DNA from: Bacteroidales bacterium | Lineage (GTDB): Bacteria; Bacteroidota; Bacteroidia; Bacteroidales; JAGOPY01 | DNA length: 64,000 nt | Reading direction: 5' to 3' | Assembly: GCA_017991835.1 (NCBI GenBank) | Contig: JAGOPY010000001.1 | Coordinates: 147,892 to 211,891 of the forward strand | Shown here: positions 36,913 to 46,634 of the stretch, piece by piece | Layout of the letters: every line of letters begins with the position of its first letter | How positions within the stretch are numbered: the first letter of the stretch is position 1 | Position numbers and translations under genes: made by a program | The notes under the pieces: generated by a model | Databases searched by the model: none | What the model was told of the DNA's origin: nothing | The model's input: the letters and a program-made list of their open reading frames with translations, nothing else

Positions 36913-38504
36913 TTCTCCGGAATCGTCACCTTATTCCCATCCCGCTCGGCGCGATAATGCGGCGACATGATCTCAACCCCCGCCTTGTTGAACTCGTCCT
37001 GTATGTTCTGATGCAAGTCCGATTTGATTCTTACGATGCCATGCGAGTTTTTAACATAAGCGTTGATCTGGTAGCTGATATAAAAATCCTCCAGCCCGGT
37101 CTGCAAAACAAAAGGTTTCGGTTGAGCAACCACCCCCGCCGTCTTTTCCGCAGCCCGGATCAGAAGCTCATGCACCTTCCGCCACGGGGCATCGTAGCCA
37201 ATCGTCACGGTCGTGTGAATGATAAGACCCTCATCCAGCGTTGCCGCTGTGAAATTAACCGTATAACCGGTCAATATCTTTGAATTGGGAATTGTAACTT
37301 CTTCATTCTTAATTGTTCTGAGCCTTGTCGTCATCAGGGTCTTTTCAATAACATCACCCGTAATATCTTCGATGGTGATCCTGTCGCCCACTTTATAAGG
37401 CCTCATGTAAGTGATCACCAGCCCGGCCAGGGTGTTTCCGATCAGTGAAGTGGAACCCAGCGAAATAAGCAATCCCAGGAAAACCGATACCCCCTGGAAT
37501 ATCGGGGAATCGGAACCGGGAAGGTATGGGAATATGATGATGAACATGAAAGCATAAAGAAGGATTCGGATGATATTGAAGGTAGGCAGGGCCCATTCGG
37601 GATGAAATCCTTTTATTACCAATGCTTTATTTTCAACTTCCTTCGTAAGATACCTGATAAGCCGGATCAGGTATTTGAATAATAAGTAGATAATAATGAT
37701 GGTTATCAATTTTGGAAGATAACCGATGATCCCCATGAGGATATTTTGTATCGGCTCCCAGATCATGGCGATAATCTTTCGGGTAATCCCCTCGGTTGAT
37801 GGGAAAATGCTGAAAATCACCGGCAAGGCTACCAGGAACAGGATTATTATTAAAACAATCTTAAAAAACCGCAACAATCCCCTGGCTACCACAAACTCCC
37901 GCTCCGCCGTAAGAAACTCATATTCATTTATTTTGATGCTTTTGAAAAGACGTTCTTTATGCTTCTCTGCATATTTTATTATCTTCCTGAATAACCAGTT
38001 TAATAACCAGATGATCAATACCAGGACAAAGACCACAATCAGCGAGTAAGCAATGTTAGTAACAGTTGCCGTGATGTTGAATTTCGCGCTCTTCGCCGCC
38101 AGTTCCTCATTCAGCAAATTGAACACCCTACCTGAAATTTCATCCTGTGTCATACCTGTCCCCGCGGTATCCGCCGGCTGAATAACCATCAGCACCTTGT
38201 TGCGGTAAACAATGTAATAATCGCTTTCAACATAGAAACCGGTCAGCGAATCAGCATAAAAAACAGGCTCCTTCACCACCTTCATCAGCTTATCCGATAT
38301 GGCAGCCGCGCGGTCTCCGGCTGAAAAAGCGCCATAGGCAGAATGGATTGTGAACAATGTATCTCCAAGAAGTACAACCGGACTACCGGCCTGGTCCACA
38401 AAGGCACCCTTCATGGCGGTTCCGCTGCCCGGCTGATCCTGTGCTTGAATTGTCAAAGCTGATATTACGGCAACCGCAGTTATGATTATCCTGACTATCT
38501 TCAT
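36900..38504 (-). CDS. mechanosensitive ion channel (MscS) family protein
   Basis: C-terminal MscS core (LIGNTLAGLVITYMRPYKVGDRI...TIKNEEVTIPNSKIL). Start set at ATG MKIVRIII; the track ORF starts 10 codons earlier at a TTG. Confidence 0.8.
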   Translation of the reverse strand: MKIVRIIITAVAVISALTIQAQDQPGSGTAMKGAFVDQAGSPVVLLGDTLFTIHSAYGAFSAGDRAAAISDKLMKVVKEPVFYADSLTGFYVESDYYIVYRNKVLMVIQPADTAGTGMTQDEISGRVFNLLNEELAAKSAKFNITATVTNIAYSLIVVFVLVLIIWLLNWLFRKIIKYAEKHKERLFKSIKINEYEFLTAEREFVVARGLLRFFKIVLIIILFLVALPVIFSIFPSTEGITRKIIAMIWEPIQNILMGIIGYLPKLITIIIIYLLFKYLIRLIRYLTKEVENKALVIKGFHPEWALPTFNIIRILLYAFMFIIIFPYLPGSDSPIFQGVSVFLGLLISLGSTSLIGNTLAGLVITYMRPYKVGDRITIEDITGDVIEKTLMTTRLRTIKNEEVTIPNSKILTGYTVNFTAATLDEGLIIHTTVTIGYDAPWRKVHELLIRAAEKTAGVVAQPKPFVLQTGLEDFYISYQINAYVKNSHGIVRIKSDLHQNIQDEFNKAGVEIMSPHYRAERDGNKVTIPENSEE

Positions 38505-38545
38505 ATGTAAACTAAGCCCTTGGTTATATAACAAAGTTACATAAA

Positions 38546-38584
38546 ATTGAGATGGAGTCTCAATTTTTGAGACTCCATCTCAAT
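38546..38584. repeat. 39-nt near-perfect palindrome built from the same 13-mer
   Basis: ATTGAGATGGAGTCTCAA-ttt-TTGAGACTCCATCTCAAT: 18-bp arms and a 3-nt loop. It lies in the divergent gap between the MscS gene and the 38662 cargo gene. Confidence 0.85.
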
Positions 38585-38661
38585 ACCAACTCTTTTTCCT
38601 CCTACTTTTGATAGTCGATTTCAGGAAAAACTCCTGGTCATCATTTAACCAAAACTGTATT

Positions 38662-41600
38662 ATGAATTTACTATTCAGAGCATTTCTCCTGATACTTACA
38701 GCCGTTTGCTTTATTACCGCGACTAACGCCCAGATCACCCCTCAGGTCCGCCGGGCCGTTCATTCCGATAAAACACCCCCGCTCAGGGAAATGCGGTTGA
38801 TCGAACCGCAGCCTCGCGACCGAAGCTGGAAGAACGGAATTATCCGTAATGAGGACTCGGGCCGGAAGCGAAACGAAAATCCTTCTCCCCTGCCGTCGGG
38901 GTTGGATCCTGCACTCCAGTCAGAATTCGGATTCCGGGATTTTCCGGGAATGGTGGCCAACTTCGAAGGCGTTCCGAACCGGAACTCAGTCTACCCGCCC
39001 GATACCGACGGAGATGTCGGCCCCAACCACTATTTCCAGATGATCAACCTGTCGTTCCAGATCTTCGACAAGCAGGGAAATTCTCTCTACGGGCCTGCCG
39101 ACAATTCCACCCTCTGGAGCGGGTTTATCGGCTCCTGGACAGGGACCAACGACGGCGACCCGATCCTGTTGTACGACGAAATGGCCGATCGCTGGGTAGC
39201 TACCCAATTTGCCATCAATACTTCCGACGGCACTTACTGGGAGCTTGTCGCCCTCTCGGAATCGGGTGATCCGCTAGGGGCCTATTACCGCTATGCTTTC
39301 CAGTTCCCGGCTTTCAACGACTATCCGAAAGTGGGCGTCTGGCCCGATGGCTACTATTTTTCCTTTAATATGTTCGGCAACGACTACCGCAGGGCAGCCG
39401 TATGCGCTCTCGACCGGGAAGCGATGCTGAACGGCGATCCCGATGCCCGGATGGTGCTTTTCGATATGCCGCAGGGAAGCGAACCCTGGAGCCTCCTGCC
39501 GGCCGACTTCGACGGTCCGCCGCCACCCGCCGGCATCCCGAATTACTTTATCTACGCTATGGATGATGCCTTTGGCAGCGGCGACTACCTGAGCCTTTGG
39601 GCTTTCGTAACGAACTGGGATTCCCCTGAAAACTCAACTTTCCTGGAGATCGGCCGCCTGGATACCGAACCATTTAACTCATTCTTCTGCGAAGCCTCTT
39701 TGGGCGCCTGCCTGCCGCAACCCGACAACGGGCCGAACCTGGAGGTGCTGTCCGACAGGCTGATGTACCGCCTGCAATACAGGAACTTCGGCACCTATCA
39801 GACGATGGTCACCAATCATACGGTCAATGCCGACGGACAGGGGCATGCCGGTATACGCTGGTACGAGCTGCGGAATAACAACGACGGCAACTGGTACATC
39901 TACCAGCAGGGGACTTATGCTCCCGATGAGAACGACCGCTGGATGGCCAGTGTCGCCATGGACGGCCGGGGGTATATCGCCCTGGGATTCAGTATCGTCA
40001 GCCCCGTCATGTACCCTTCGATCCGTTATACGGGCCGTAGTCCGAACGATCCCCCGGGTCAGATGACCTTCTTTGAAGAAGAAATCATGGCCGGAACCGG
40101 TATCCAGACCGGCAGCGCTGCCCGCTGGGGCGACTACAGTATGATGTCGGTCGATCCGGCCGACGATACAACATTCTGGTTCACTACCGAATACGTTAAA
40201 AACTCCGGCCAGGTGAGCTGGAAAACACGAATAGCCGGATTCAGAATGCTGGAAGACAACCTGGCGCCGGCTGATGTAATGGACCTGCAAGCTAATGCCA
40301 ACACTACCAACTCCATCACACTCCGCTGGACAGCCACCGGTAACGACGGCAACTCCGGGACCGCTTTCCTATACGATATCCGCTATTCCAAAGAGCCCAT
40401 CACGAATGAAAACTTCGATGCCGCCATCCAGGCTGAAAACGAGCCTGCCCCATCCGAATCCGGCTCCCAGGAGGTGTTTACCATAAATGATCTGGAGTTC
40501 AGCACCACCTACTACCTGGCCATGAAGGTCCGCGACCGCCAGTTCAATTTCACCGGGCTTTCTAACACGGTGCAGGCCATGACCCCGGGCAAGCCCGTGA
40601 TGGCGGTGGAGGAAACGGCTATCGTTCAGAAGATATTCCCGGGCTCCGCCGGGCAAAGGGAATTCATCATCCGGAATACCGGTGAGAGCGATCTCTGTTT
40701 TAAGACTCAGAAAGAGTCCGCGGGCGGAATAAAACATCCCCGAAACCTGGGCGATTATGCCGACCGAAGCCGACAATCCGATCCGGATGTTGACGCCTGG
40801 GTGCGCGAAGCCCTGTCGAATGACGGCCTGAGCGGATCCCGCGCAGCCGGCGATATCCTGGGCGAATACACCGGGGCCACCTCCTCCATCTCCGGGATGA
40901 CATGGGTCGGGAACAACATCTTCATGCTCGATATGCAAAACAACCTCCTTCTGACTTACGACACGGCCCTGCAAGCTATAACCGGCGAAGTGACCGTGCA
41001 CGAAAATCCTTTCAGCATCGCCTGGGACGGGGAACTTCTCTGGATCGGCGACAATAACGGCAATATCACGGCGTACCACCCCGACGGCAGTTCGGCCGGC
41101 TACTCCTTCAGTTGCCCGCAAATCGGATACCCGACACTGTCGTGGGACGGCGAAGCCTTCTACACCAATACGATCATTTCCAATAACCCGTATGTTTACC
41201 GCGTCGACGAGACCGGGAAAATCCTTGAATCCTTCCGCTTTATGCTGAATTCGATGCAGATCTGGCAACTGGTATACGTGCCGGAACACTATTCGGGGCC
41301 ATTCTGGTTTACCAACAACAACGGGATCATCGGGCAGGCTATGGTGGATGAGAACAACACCGGCACTATTTTACAGCAGTTTGCGGCCCCTTTCACCATC
41401 TCGTTTGCCCTCTGTCACGACCACACCGACCTATGGTACGGAAAACCCGGTGGTACCCTTTACCGGATCGATGATGGAACCGATGAAGTCAACTGGCTGA
41501 CGATCGAACCGGGCAAAGGAATTGTCCCGGCTGCAAGCCAACTGTCGCTGGCCCTGAATTTTAACGCCGGCGGGTTTGACTTCGGAAATAAACTTGCCAA

Positions 41601-42159
41601 TGTGACGATCCTGACAAATGATCCGGAAGTTCCGTCGGTCACATTACCTGTCGACATGGTCGTAACCGGATTTTCCCTTGGCCCCGACACCAGCTTTTGC
41701 GGGCATCTTAACATTACCCTCGACGCCGGTGAAGGATTCGCAGGCTACCTGTGGTCAGACGGGTCCACCGGGCAGACTATGGAGATCGATTCTGCCGGCT
41801 ATGGCCTGGGAATCGCCGGTATCTGGGCCGAAGCCACCGATATCGGAGGGATGGTTTTAAGAGACTCCATATCAATCAATTTCCTGGATTGCACCGACAT
41901 CATCGAATTTTCTTCCGGACTTAAGGTGAAGATTTATCCAAATCCGACTAACGGCAGTTTTACGGTAGAATCGGAAGGAAATCAGGAAGAGATGCTGAAA
42001 CTTTTCCTGCTGAATCCGGAAGGAAAGACCATGATGGAATTTGAGATGGCATCTCCGGGAAAACAATCATTTACACCCGGTTTAAAGAAAAACGGGAACT
42101 ATCTCCTCAGATTGTCTTCCGGAGGCAAAACCAAAGTGATCAAACTGATGGTCATCTAA
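38662..42159 (+). CDS. very large hypothetical T9SS cargo protein
   Basis: Signal peptide from MNLLFRAFLLILTAVCF. FN3-like segment (ITLRWTATGNDGNSGTAFLYDIRYS). C-terminal IYPNPTNGSFTVES...GNYLLRL. No catalytic motif recognised. Confidence 0.7.
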   Translation: MNLLFRAFLLILTAVCFITATNAQITPQVRRAVHSDKTPPLREMRLIEPQPRDRSWKNGIIRNEDSGRKRNENPSPLPSGLDPALQSEFGFRDFPGMVANFEGVPNRNSVYPPDTDGDVGPNHYFQMINLSFQIFDKQGNSLYGPADNSTLWSGFIGSWTGTNDGDPILLYDEMADRWVATQFAINTSDGTYWELVALSESGDPLGAYYRYAFQFPAFNDYPKVGVWPDGYYFSFNMFGNDYRRAAVCALDREAMLNGDPDARMVLFDMPQGSEPWSLLPADFDGPPPPAGIPNYFIYAMDDAFGSGDYLSLWAFVTNWDSPENSTFLEIGRLDTEPFNSFFCEASLGACLPQPDNGPNLEVLSDRLMYRLQYRNFGTYQTMVTNHTVNADGQGHAGIRWYELRNNNDGNWYIYQQGTYAPDENDRWMASVAMDGRGYIALGFSIVSPVMYPSIRYTGRSPNDPPGQMTFFEEEIMAGTGIQTGSAARWGDYSMMSVDPADDTTFWFTTEYVKNSGQVSWKTRIAGFRMLEDNLAPADVMDLQANANTTNSITLRWTATGNDGNSGTAFLYDIRYSKEPITNENFDAAIQAENEPAPSESGSQEVFTINDLEFSTTYYLAMKVRDRQFNFTGLSNTVQAMTPGKPVMAVEETAIVQKIFPGSAGQREFIIRNTGESDLCFKTQKESAGGIKHPRNLGDYADRSRQSDPDVDAWVREALSNDGLSGSRAAGDILGEYTGATSSISGMTWVGNNIFMLDMQNNLLLTYDTALQAITGEVTVHENPFSIAWDGELLWIGDNNGNITAYHPDGSSAGYSFSCPQIGYPTLSWDGEAFYTNTIISNNPYVYRVDETGKILESFRFMLNSMQIWQLVYVPEHYSGPFWFTNNNGIIGQAMVDENNTGTILQQFAAPFTISFALCHDHTDLWYGKPGGTLYRIDDGTDEVNWLTIEPGKGIVPAASQLSLALNFNAGGFDFGNKLANVTILTNDPEVPSVTLPVDMVVTGFSLGPDTSFCGHLNITLDAGEGFAGYLWSDGSTGQTMEIDSAGYGLGIAGIWAEATDIGGMVLRDSISINFLDCTDIIEFSSGLKVKIYPNPTNGSFTVESEGNQEEMLKLFLLNPEGKTMMEFEMASPGKQSFTPGLKKNGNYLLRLSSGGKTKVIKLMVI

Positions 42160-42186
42160 CAGTTGCGACAAACCCGGGAGCCGTGC

Positions 42187-42918
42187 TCACTTCACAGCTA
42201 CATGCAGGGCGGCGACCCCACCGCTCAGGCGGGTAAACGATACAGAGGTAAAACCGTGCTGCTTCAGCAGATCGCAAATCTCTTCCGGCTGATAATAACG
42301 GATAACGGAGTAAGACAGGTATTTGTAAGCGGGCCAGTTGCCCGATATCATGCCACCGACCGGGTACACAAAGAACCGGGTGTAAAACCTGAATAAAACC
42401 CTGAGCCACCCCCATTTCGGCTGGCTGCTTTCGATGATCACAAAACGCCCGCCGGGCTTCAGCACCCGGTTGATCTCCGCTAAGAATTTCGGCGTATCGA
42501 AATTTTTGAAAGTAAGGTTTCGGAAAGCAAAAGAGATCCCGATCGAATCGAAATGGTTGTCGGGGAATGGCATGGCGGCAGCGTCACCTTGCTGGTAAAC
42601 AATGCCGGCCTGATGCCTTTTTATCGATTTCTTACGGGCAATCTCCAGCATCGGCTCACTGTAATCATAACCGGTAATTTCAACCGTTCCGTGGCTCATC
42701 CGCGAAAGCCGGACCGCCAGGTCGCCGGTCCCGGTGCACAAATCCATGATCCTCTCCGGGTTTCCGGCCAGGCAGGCACTGGCCGCCCTCTTCCGCCAGC
42801 GCTCATCCAGTGTAAGTGTAAAAATCCGGTTGATGATATCATAACTGGGCGGAACAGCCGTGAAAATCTTGTAAAGCGGCCGCTGGCCCGGAGTCTTCTT
42901 GTCTTTCATAAAAACCAA
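42187..42918 (-). CDS. ubiE: demethylmenaquinone / ubiquinone C-methyltransferase
   Basis: YDIINRIFTL...RWR, SAM motif DLCTGTGD, LKPGGRFVIIE. Typical UbiE/MenG. Confidence 0.85.
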   Translation of the reverse strand: MVFMKDKKTPGQRPLYKIFTAVPPSYDIINRIFTLTLDERWRKRAASACLAGNPERIMDLCTGTGDLAVRLSRMSHGTVEITGYDYSEPMLEIARKKSIKRHQAGIVYQQGDAAAMPFPDNHFDSIGISFAFRNLTFKNFDTPKFLAEINRVLKPGGRFVIIESSQPKWGWLRVLFRFYTRFFVYPVGGMISGNWPAYKYLSYSVIRYYQPEEICDLLKQHGFTSVSFTRLSGGVAALHVAVK

Positions 42919-42957
42919 TTACGCCGCAAAAATAACCTTTAACTACCAATCCCTGAC

Positions 42958-43040
42958 TTCAATTTTGAACTCAGCACTTTGAACTTCAACTTTGAACTTT
43001 GAACTTTAACTTTGAACTTTGATCTTTGAACTTTGAACTA
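42958..43040. repeat. tandem heptamers (TGAACTT) x~9, degenerate
   Basis: The reverse complement of the word is the AGTTCAA word of the 9951 array. Overlaps the 3' end of the decarboxylase ORF. Confidence 0.85.
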
Positions 43041-44427
43041 ATCCCCACGCTTTTATCACGTGTTCCATTGTAACATTCGTTTGTGCGACCACCATCCGGA
43101 TCGCATATTTACCGTTTATCTTTGTATGAGTCATGTAAGCTTCTCCTGTGGAATTGATCAGCCGGAGCATCTTTTCATTTATCAGGTTAAGCTCCCCTTC
43201 GTCTTCCACCACTTCCGGTTTGTAACGGAAGCAGACCAGGTTAAGCGTCACCGGCGCCATAATTTCAAAGTCTTTTTCCTGACGGATGATCTCCGCCAGG
43301 TCACCGGCCATACGAAGGTGGCCCCTCAGTCTTTCCTGTAACCCCGACAGCCCGAAGCTGCGCAGCACAAACCACAGCTTCAGCGCCCGGAAACGCCTGC
43401 CCAGCGGCACACTCCAGTCGCAGTAATCGTTCACCCTGCCCGCATCGCCGGTGCGCAGGTATTCGGGTACAATTTGCAGGGTCCTGAGCAACGTGCCCTT
43501 ATCCCGGACAAAGTAAGCCGAACAATCAAAATTGGTGAACAACCATTTGTGGGGATTGAAGACAAAACTGTCGGCCATCTCCAGCCCCTCCGCCATCCAG
43601 CGGTATTCCGGCAGGATGAGCGCCGAACCGGCATAAGCGGCATCGACATGCAGCCAGATTCCATACCTGGCGCACAATTCGCCAATGGCCCGCAACGGAT
43701 CGATAGCCGTTACTCCTGTGGTGCCCAATGTCGCTACTACGCATATTGGCTTCTTTCCTGATGCCAGGTCATCCTCAATAGCCTGCTGAAGCTGCGCCGG
43801 ATCAAGGCGAAACTGCTCATCTACAGCAACTTTAACCAGGTTCCGGCTGCCCATCCCGGCAATCCTCACAGCCTTTTCAATGCTCGAATGAGTCTCAGTG
43901 GAGCAATAGATCCGGAAATCACCTGCGCCCTGCATGCCCTCCGTATTTACAGTAAATCCGGAAAACTTCTCCCGGGCGCAGAGAATAGCCACCAGGGTTG
44001 CCGTCGATGCCGAATCCTGGATAACCCCCTGAAAATCCATCGGGATGCCGCATATCTTCTTCAGCCACTCCATCATCTTTTCCTCCAGTTCGGCGGCGGC
44101 CGGCGAAGTCTCCCATTTCATGCACTGCGCGCCGAGTGTGGCGGTCAGCATCTCCGCCAGCACCGAAGGATAACTGGAATTGGCCGGAAAATAAGCAAAG
44201 AAATTCGGGCTCTGCCAGTGCGTCATCCCCGGAAGGATAATATTTTCAAAATCCCTGAAAATATCTTCCATCTCCTCCCCCTTAACTGGAACGTCGTCTT
44301 GTAATAGTCGGAATATTTCACCCGGCGCGGTTTTCGCTTTTACAGGATACTGTTCAGCCTGTTCTATATAATCGGCCATCCAGTCGGCAAACCGGTGGGC
44401 ACTCTCACGAAATGCTTTGTTATCCAT
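43006..44427 (-). CDS. pyridoxal-dependent (group II) aromatic-L-amino-acid decarboxylase-like
   Basis: HWQSPNFFAYFP, and FVFNPHKW with the PLP lysine. Length of about 470 aa. Start set at the first ATG. The last few codons run into a heptamer array. Confidence 0.8.
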   Translation of the reverse strand: MDNKAFRESAHRFADWMADYIEQAEQYPVKAKTAPGEIFRLLQDDVPVKGEEMEDIFRDFENIILPGMTHWQSPNFFAYFPANSSYPSVLAEMLTATLGAQCMKWETSPAAAELEEKMMEWLKKICGIPMDFQGVIQDSASTATLVAILCAREKFSGFTVNTEGMQGAGDFRIYCSTETHSSIEKAVRIAGMGSRNLVKVAVDEQFRLDPAQLQQAIEDDLASGKKPICVVATLGTTGVTAIDPLRAIGELCARYGIWLHVDAAYAGSALILPEYRWMAEGLEMADSFVFNPHKWLFTNFDCSAYFVRDKGTLLRTLQIVPEYLRTGDAGRVNDYCDWSVPLGRRFRALKLWFVLRSFGLSGLQERLRGHLRMAGDLAEIIRQEKDFEIMAPVTLNLVCFRYKPEVVEDEGELNLINEKMLRLINSTGEAYMTHTKINGKYAIRMVVAQTNVTMEHVIKAWGLVQSSKIKVQS

Positions 44428-44544
44428 GTCGTTCCGTTTTACGTACAAAGATCATCATGTTTTTTTCAATCAACCCGCTCTTTTTAGCAAAAATATGCTT
44501 ACATTTAAACTGCATTTGATAATGGATAACTAATTTTTGCTGCA

Positions 44545-44922
44545 ATGGATACCAGAAAATTCGAGTACCTGGAAACAATCCGTGAAACCATTGAAACGGG
44601 TGATTATGAAGAACTGGATGATTATATTGAAGATATCCGCGACCAGGTAAAAGCCGATCCCGAATTCCAGGAACTCTTCGGGGAGATCAAAAGCCGTAAT
44701 TACGGCGATGCCATTTCTTTGATCGATGAGTTTATCTACCAGGATATCCAGTCGGGCCAGGACGATTTTTTTAATGAAGAATCGCTGAACAGGCTTGGCG
44801 GACTGGATTATCCAAAGAATTTGGAGGGCTTTACCGAAGAAGGAGTGCCGGAAGAAATTTCGTTTGAAGAGTTTATTGAAGATGATTTTGTCGGAGGTGC
44901 AGGCCAGGAGGAAGAGTATTAA
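44545..44922 (+). CDS. hypothetical acidic protein
   Basis: 125-aa ORF, very D/E-rich, 21 nt upstream of the next gene. No family recognised. Confidence 0.45.
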   Translation: MDTRKFEYLETIRETIETGDYEELDDYIEDIRDQVKADPEFQELFGEIKSRNYGDAISLIDEFIYQDIQSGQDDFFNEESLNRLGGLDYPKNLEGFTEEGVPEEISFEEFIEDDFVGGAGQEEEY

Positions 44923-44943
44923 TATCTGGCCGTTCGACGCACG

Positions 44944-46614
44944 ATGAAGAAATTCTTCTGGATTTCAGCTTTATTCCTCCTTTCTGCCGGGATTGCTCTC
45001 CTGATCCTGGCCCGCTATGCGGAACATGTCGCCGAACCGTATATCCTTACCTTCCTTGAACACAACAAACCGGGCCACCACAAAATCGAATACGGTAAGA
45101 TCAGGCTTAACCTGCTCAACAGTACGGTAAATATCCGTGATGTCCGGGTTTTCCCGGAACCGGAATATTCAGGGAATGAAAACGTCTGGATGGTATTGAA
45201 TGTCGGCCTCATCAAACTGAAACGGATTGACCTTTGGGAATTATTTTTCCATAAGAACCTCTATATCAGCGATTTTATTATACTCCGGCCCGAAACCCGT
45301 CTTCATCTGCCTGACCGGATCACCAGCCAGTCTGTCGAAAATGTAACTGCCGAAGAAGATGTGCAGGTAAAACCGCAGTTGCTCAAAAGTATAGCGCTCG
45401 ATAAAATGATCATCTCCGGCGGCACTTTCCGCCTTTACCGCAACGAAGATATTATCGCCAGTTCCGACAATATTGGCTTTTTAGCACGGAATATCAGCCT
45501 GGTTAAAAATACTGATGATGACCCGCTGGGCTATTCTTACGGAGAAGTGAAGTTCATACTGACCGATCTGTGGTTCCAGTCTGAAACCGGCCTCTATGAC
45601 ATGGGCCTGGATAAATTCACCGTCGTTAAAAAAGATTCATCCGTTATCCTTGAAGGATTCCGGATGAAACCCAAATACGGCAGGGAGGAATTCTCAAAAC
45701 AACTGAAATCACAGGATGACCGGTTCGATATTGACATCGGGAAGATAGAGGTGGCCGGGATCGGTTACCGCAGATTCCTCGAAGGGAACCCGCTGGAAAT
45801 TACCCGGATCATGATAGACGGAATGACCGCAGATATTTATCGCGATAAAAATGTTCCGTTCGATTTGATGAACTACCCGGAATATTACAACGAGCTATTC
45901 CTGAAATTAAGCATCCCTCTTCAGATCAATGCTGTTGAGATCGACAATTCCCGGCTGATTTACAGCGAACTGGCAACCGGTGCCGCCCAGGCTGGCGAAA
46001 TTATTTTCGAAGACTTTAAACTGGCATCCTACAAACTGAATAACAGGCCTGTCAACGACTCTGTCGAGGATTTCATTCAAATAAACGTAAAGGCTAAAAT
46101 CATGGGAGAAGGTCCGCTGAATGCCGACCTGGTTTTGCCGCTGGAAGGGAACACAAGGGCCATCAGGTGCTCTGGCAGCGTCGGGGCAATGAAGGTCGTG
46201 CCACTGAACGGTATGCTGGAACCTTCCATCAATATAAAATTCAATGATGGCCTGCTTACCCGGATGACTTTCGCTTTTGAAGGAGATGAAAGGCTTTCAA
46301 ACGGCTGGATGGAATTTCTCTATAAAGATCTTAATGTGGCCATTCTGAAAAAAGAACCCGGCAAAGAGTGGGGATTCCTCTCCATGCTTGCAAATACGGT
46401 CACACTCTCCAACAATCCCCATTCCGGAAAAGATCCAAAAATAGTAGCTATTGGTTATGAACGCGACCGGAATAAGGGTGTGATCAATTTCATCTGGAAA
46501 ACAATTCAAAGCGGAATGATCCGGACTATAATCCCGGTTAATAAATACCAGATCAACAAAAAACAGAAAGAGGTGCGGGTACCGGAGGGTAAGGCAAGTA
46601 AGAAAAAGAAATAA
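44944..46614 (+). CDS. hypothetical membrane-anchored protein
   Basis: 556 aa with an N-terminal TM anchor (FFWISALFLLSAGIALLILA) and a lysine-rich tail. No motif recognised. Confidence 0.55.
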   Translation: MKKFFWISALFLLSAGIALLILARYAEHVAEPYILTFLEHNKPGHHKIEYGKIRLNLLNSTVNIRDVRVFPEPEYSGNENVWMVLNVGLIKLKRIDLWELFFHKNLYISDFIILRPETRLHLPDRITSQSVENVTAEEDVQVKPQLLKSIALDKMIISGGTFRLYRNEDIIASSDNIGFLARNISLVKNTDDDPLGYSYGEVKFILTDLWFQSETGLYDMGLDKFTVVKKDSSVILEGFRMKPKYGREEFSKQLKSQDDRFDIDIGKIEVAGIGYRRFLEGNPLEITRIMIDGMTADIYRDKNVPFDLMNYPEYYNELFLKLSIPLQINAVEIDNSRLIYSELATGAAQAGEIIFEDFKLASYKLNNRPVNDSVEDFIQINVKAKIMGEGPLNADLVLPLEGNTRAIRCSGSVGAMKVVPLNGMLEPSINIKFNDGLLTRMTFAFEGDERLSNGWMEFLYKDLNVAILKKEPGKEWGFLSMLANTVTLSNNPHSGKDPKIVAIGYERDRNKGVINFIWKTIQSGMIRTIIPVNKYQINKKQKEVRVPEGKASKKKK

Positions 46615-46634
46615 ATTCGGAATGAACCGGCAGC

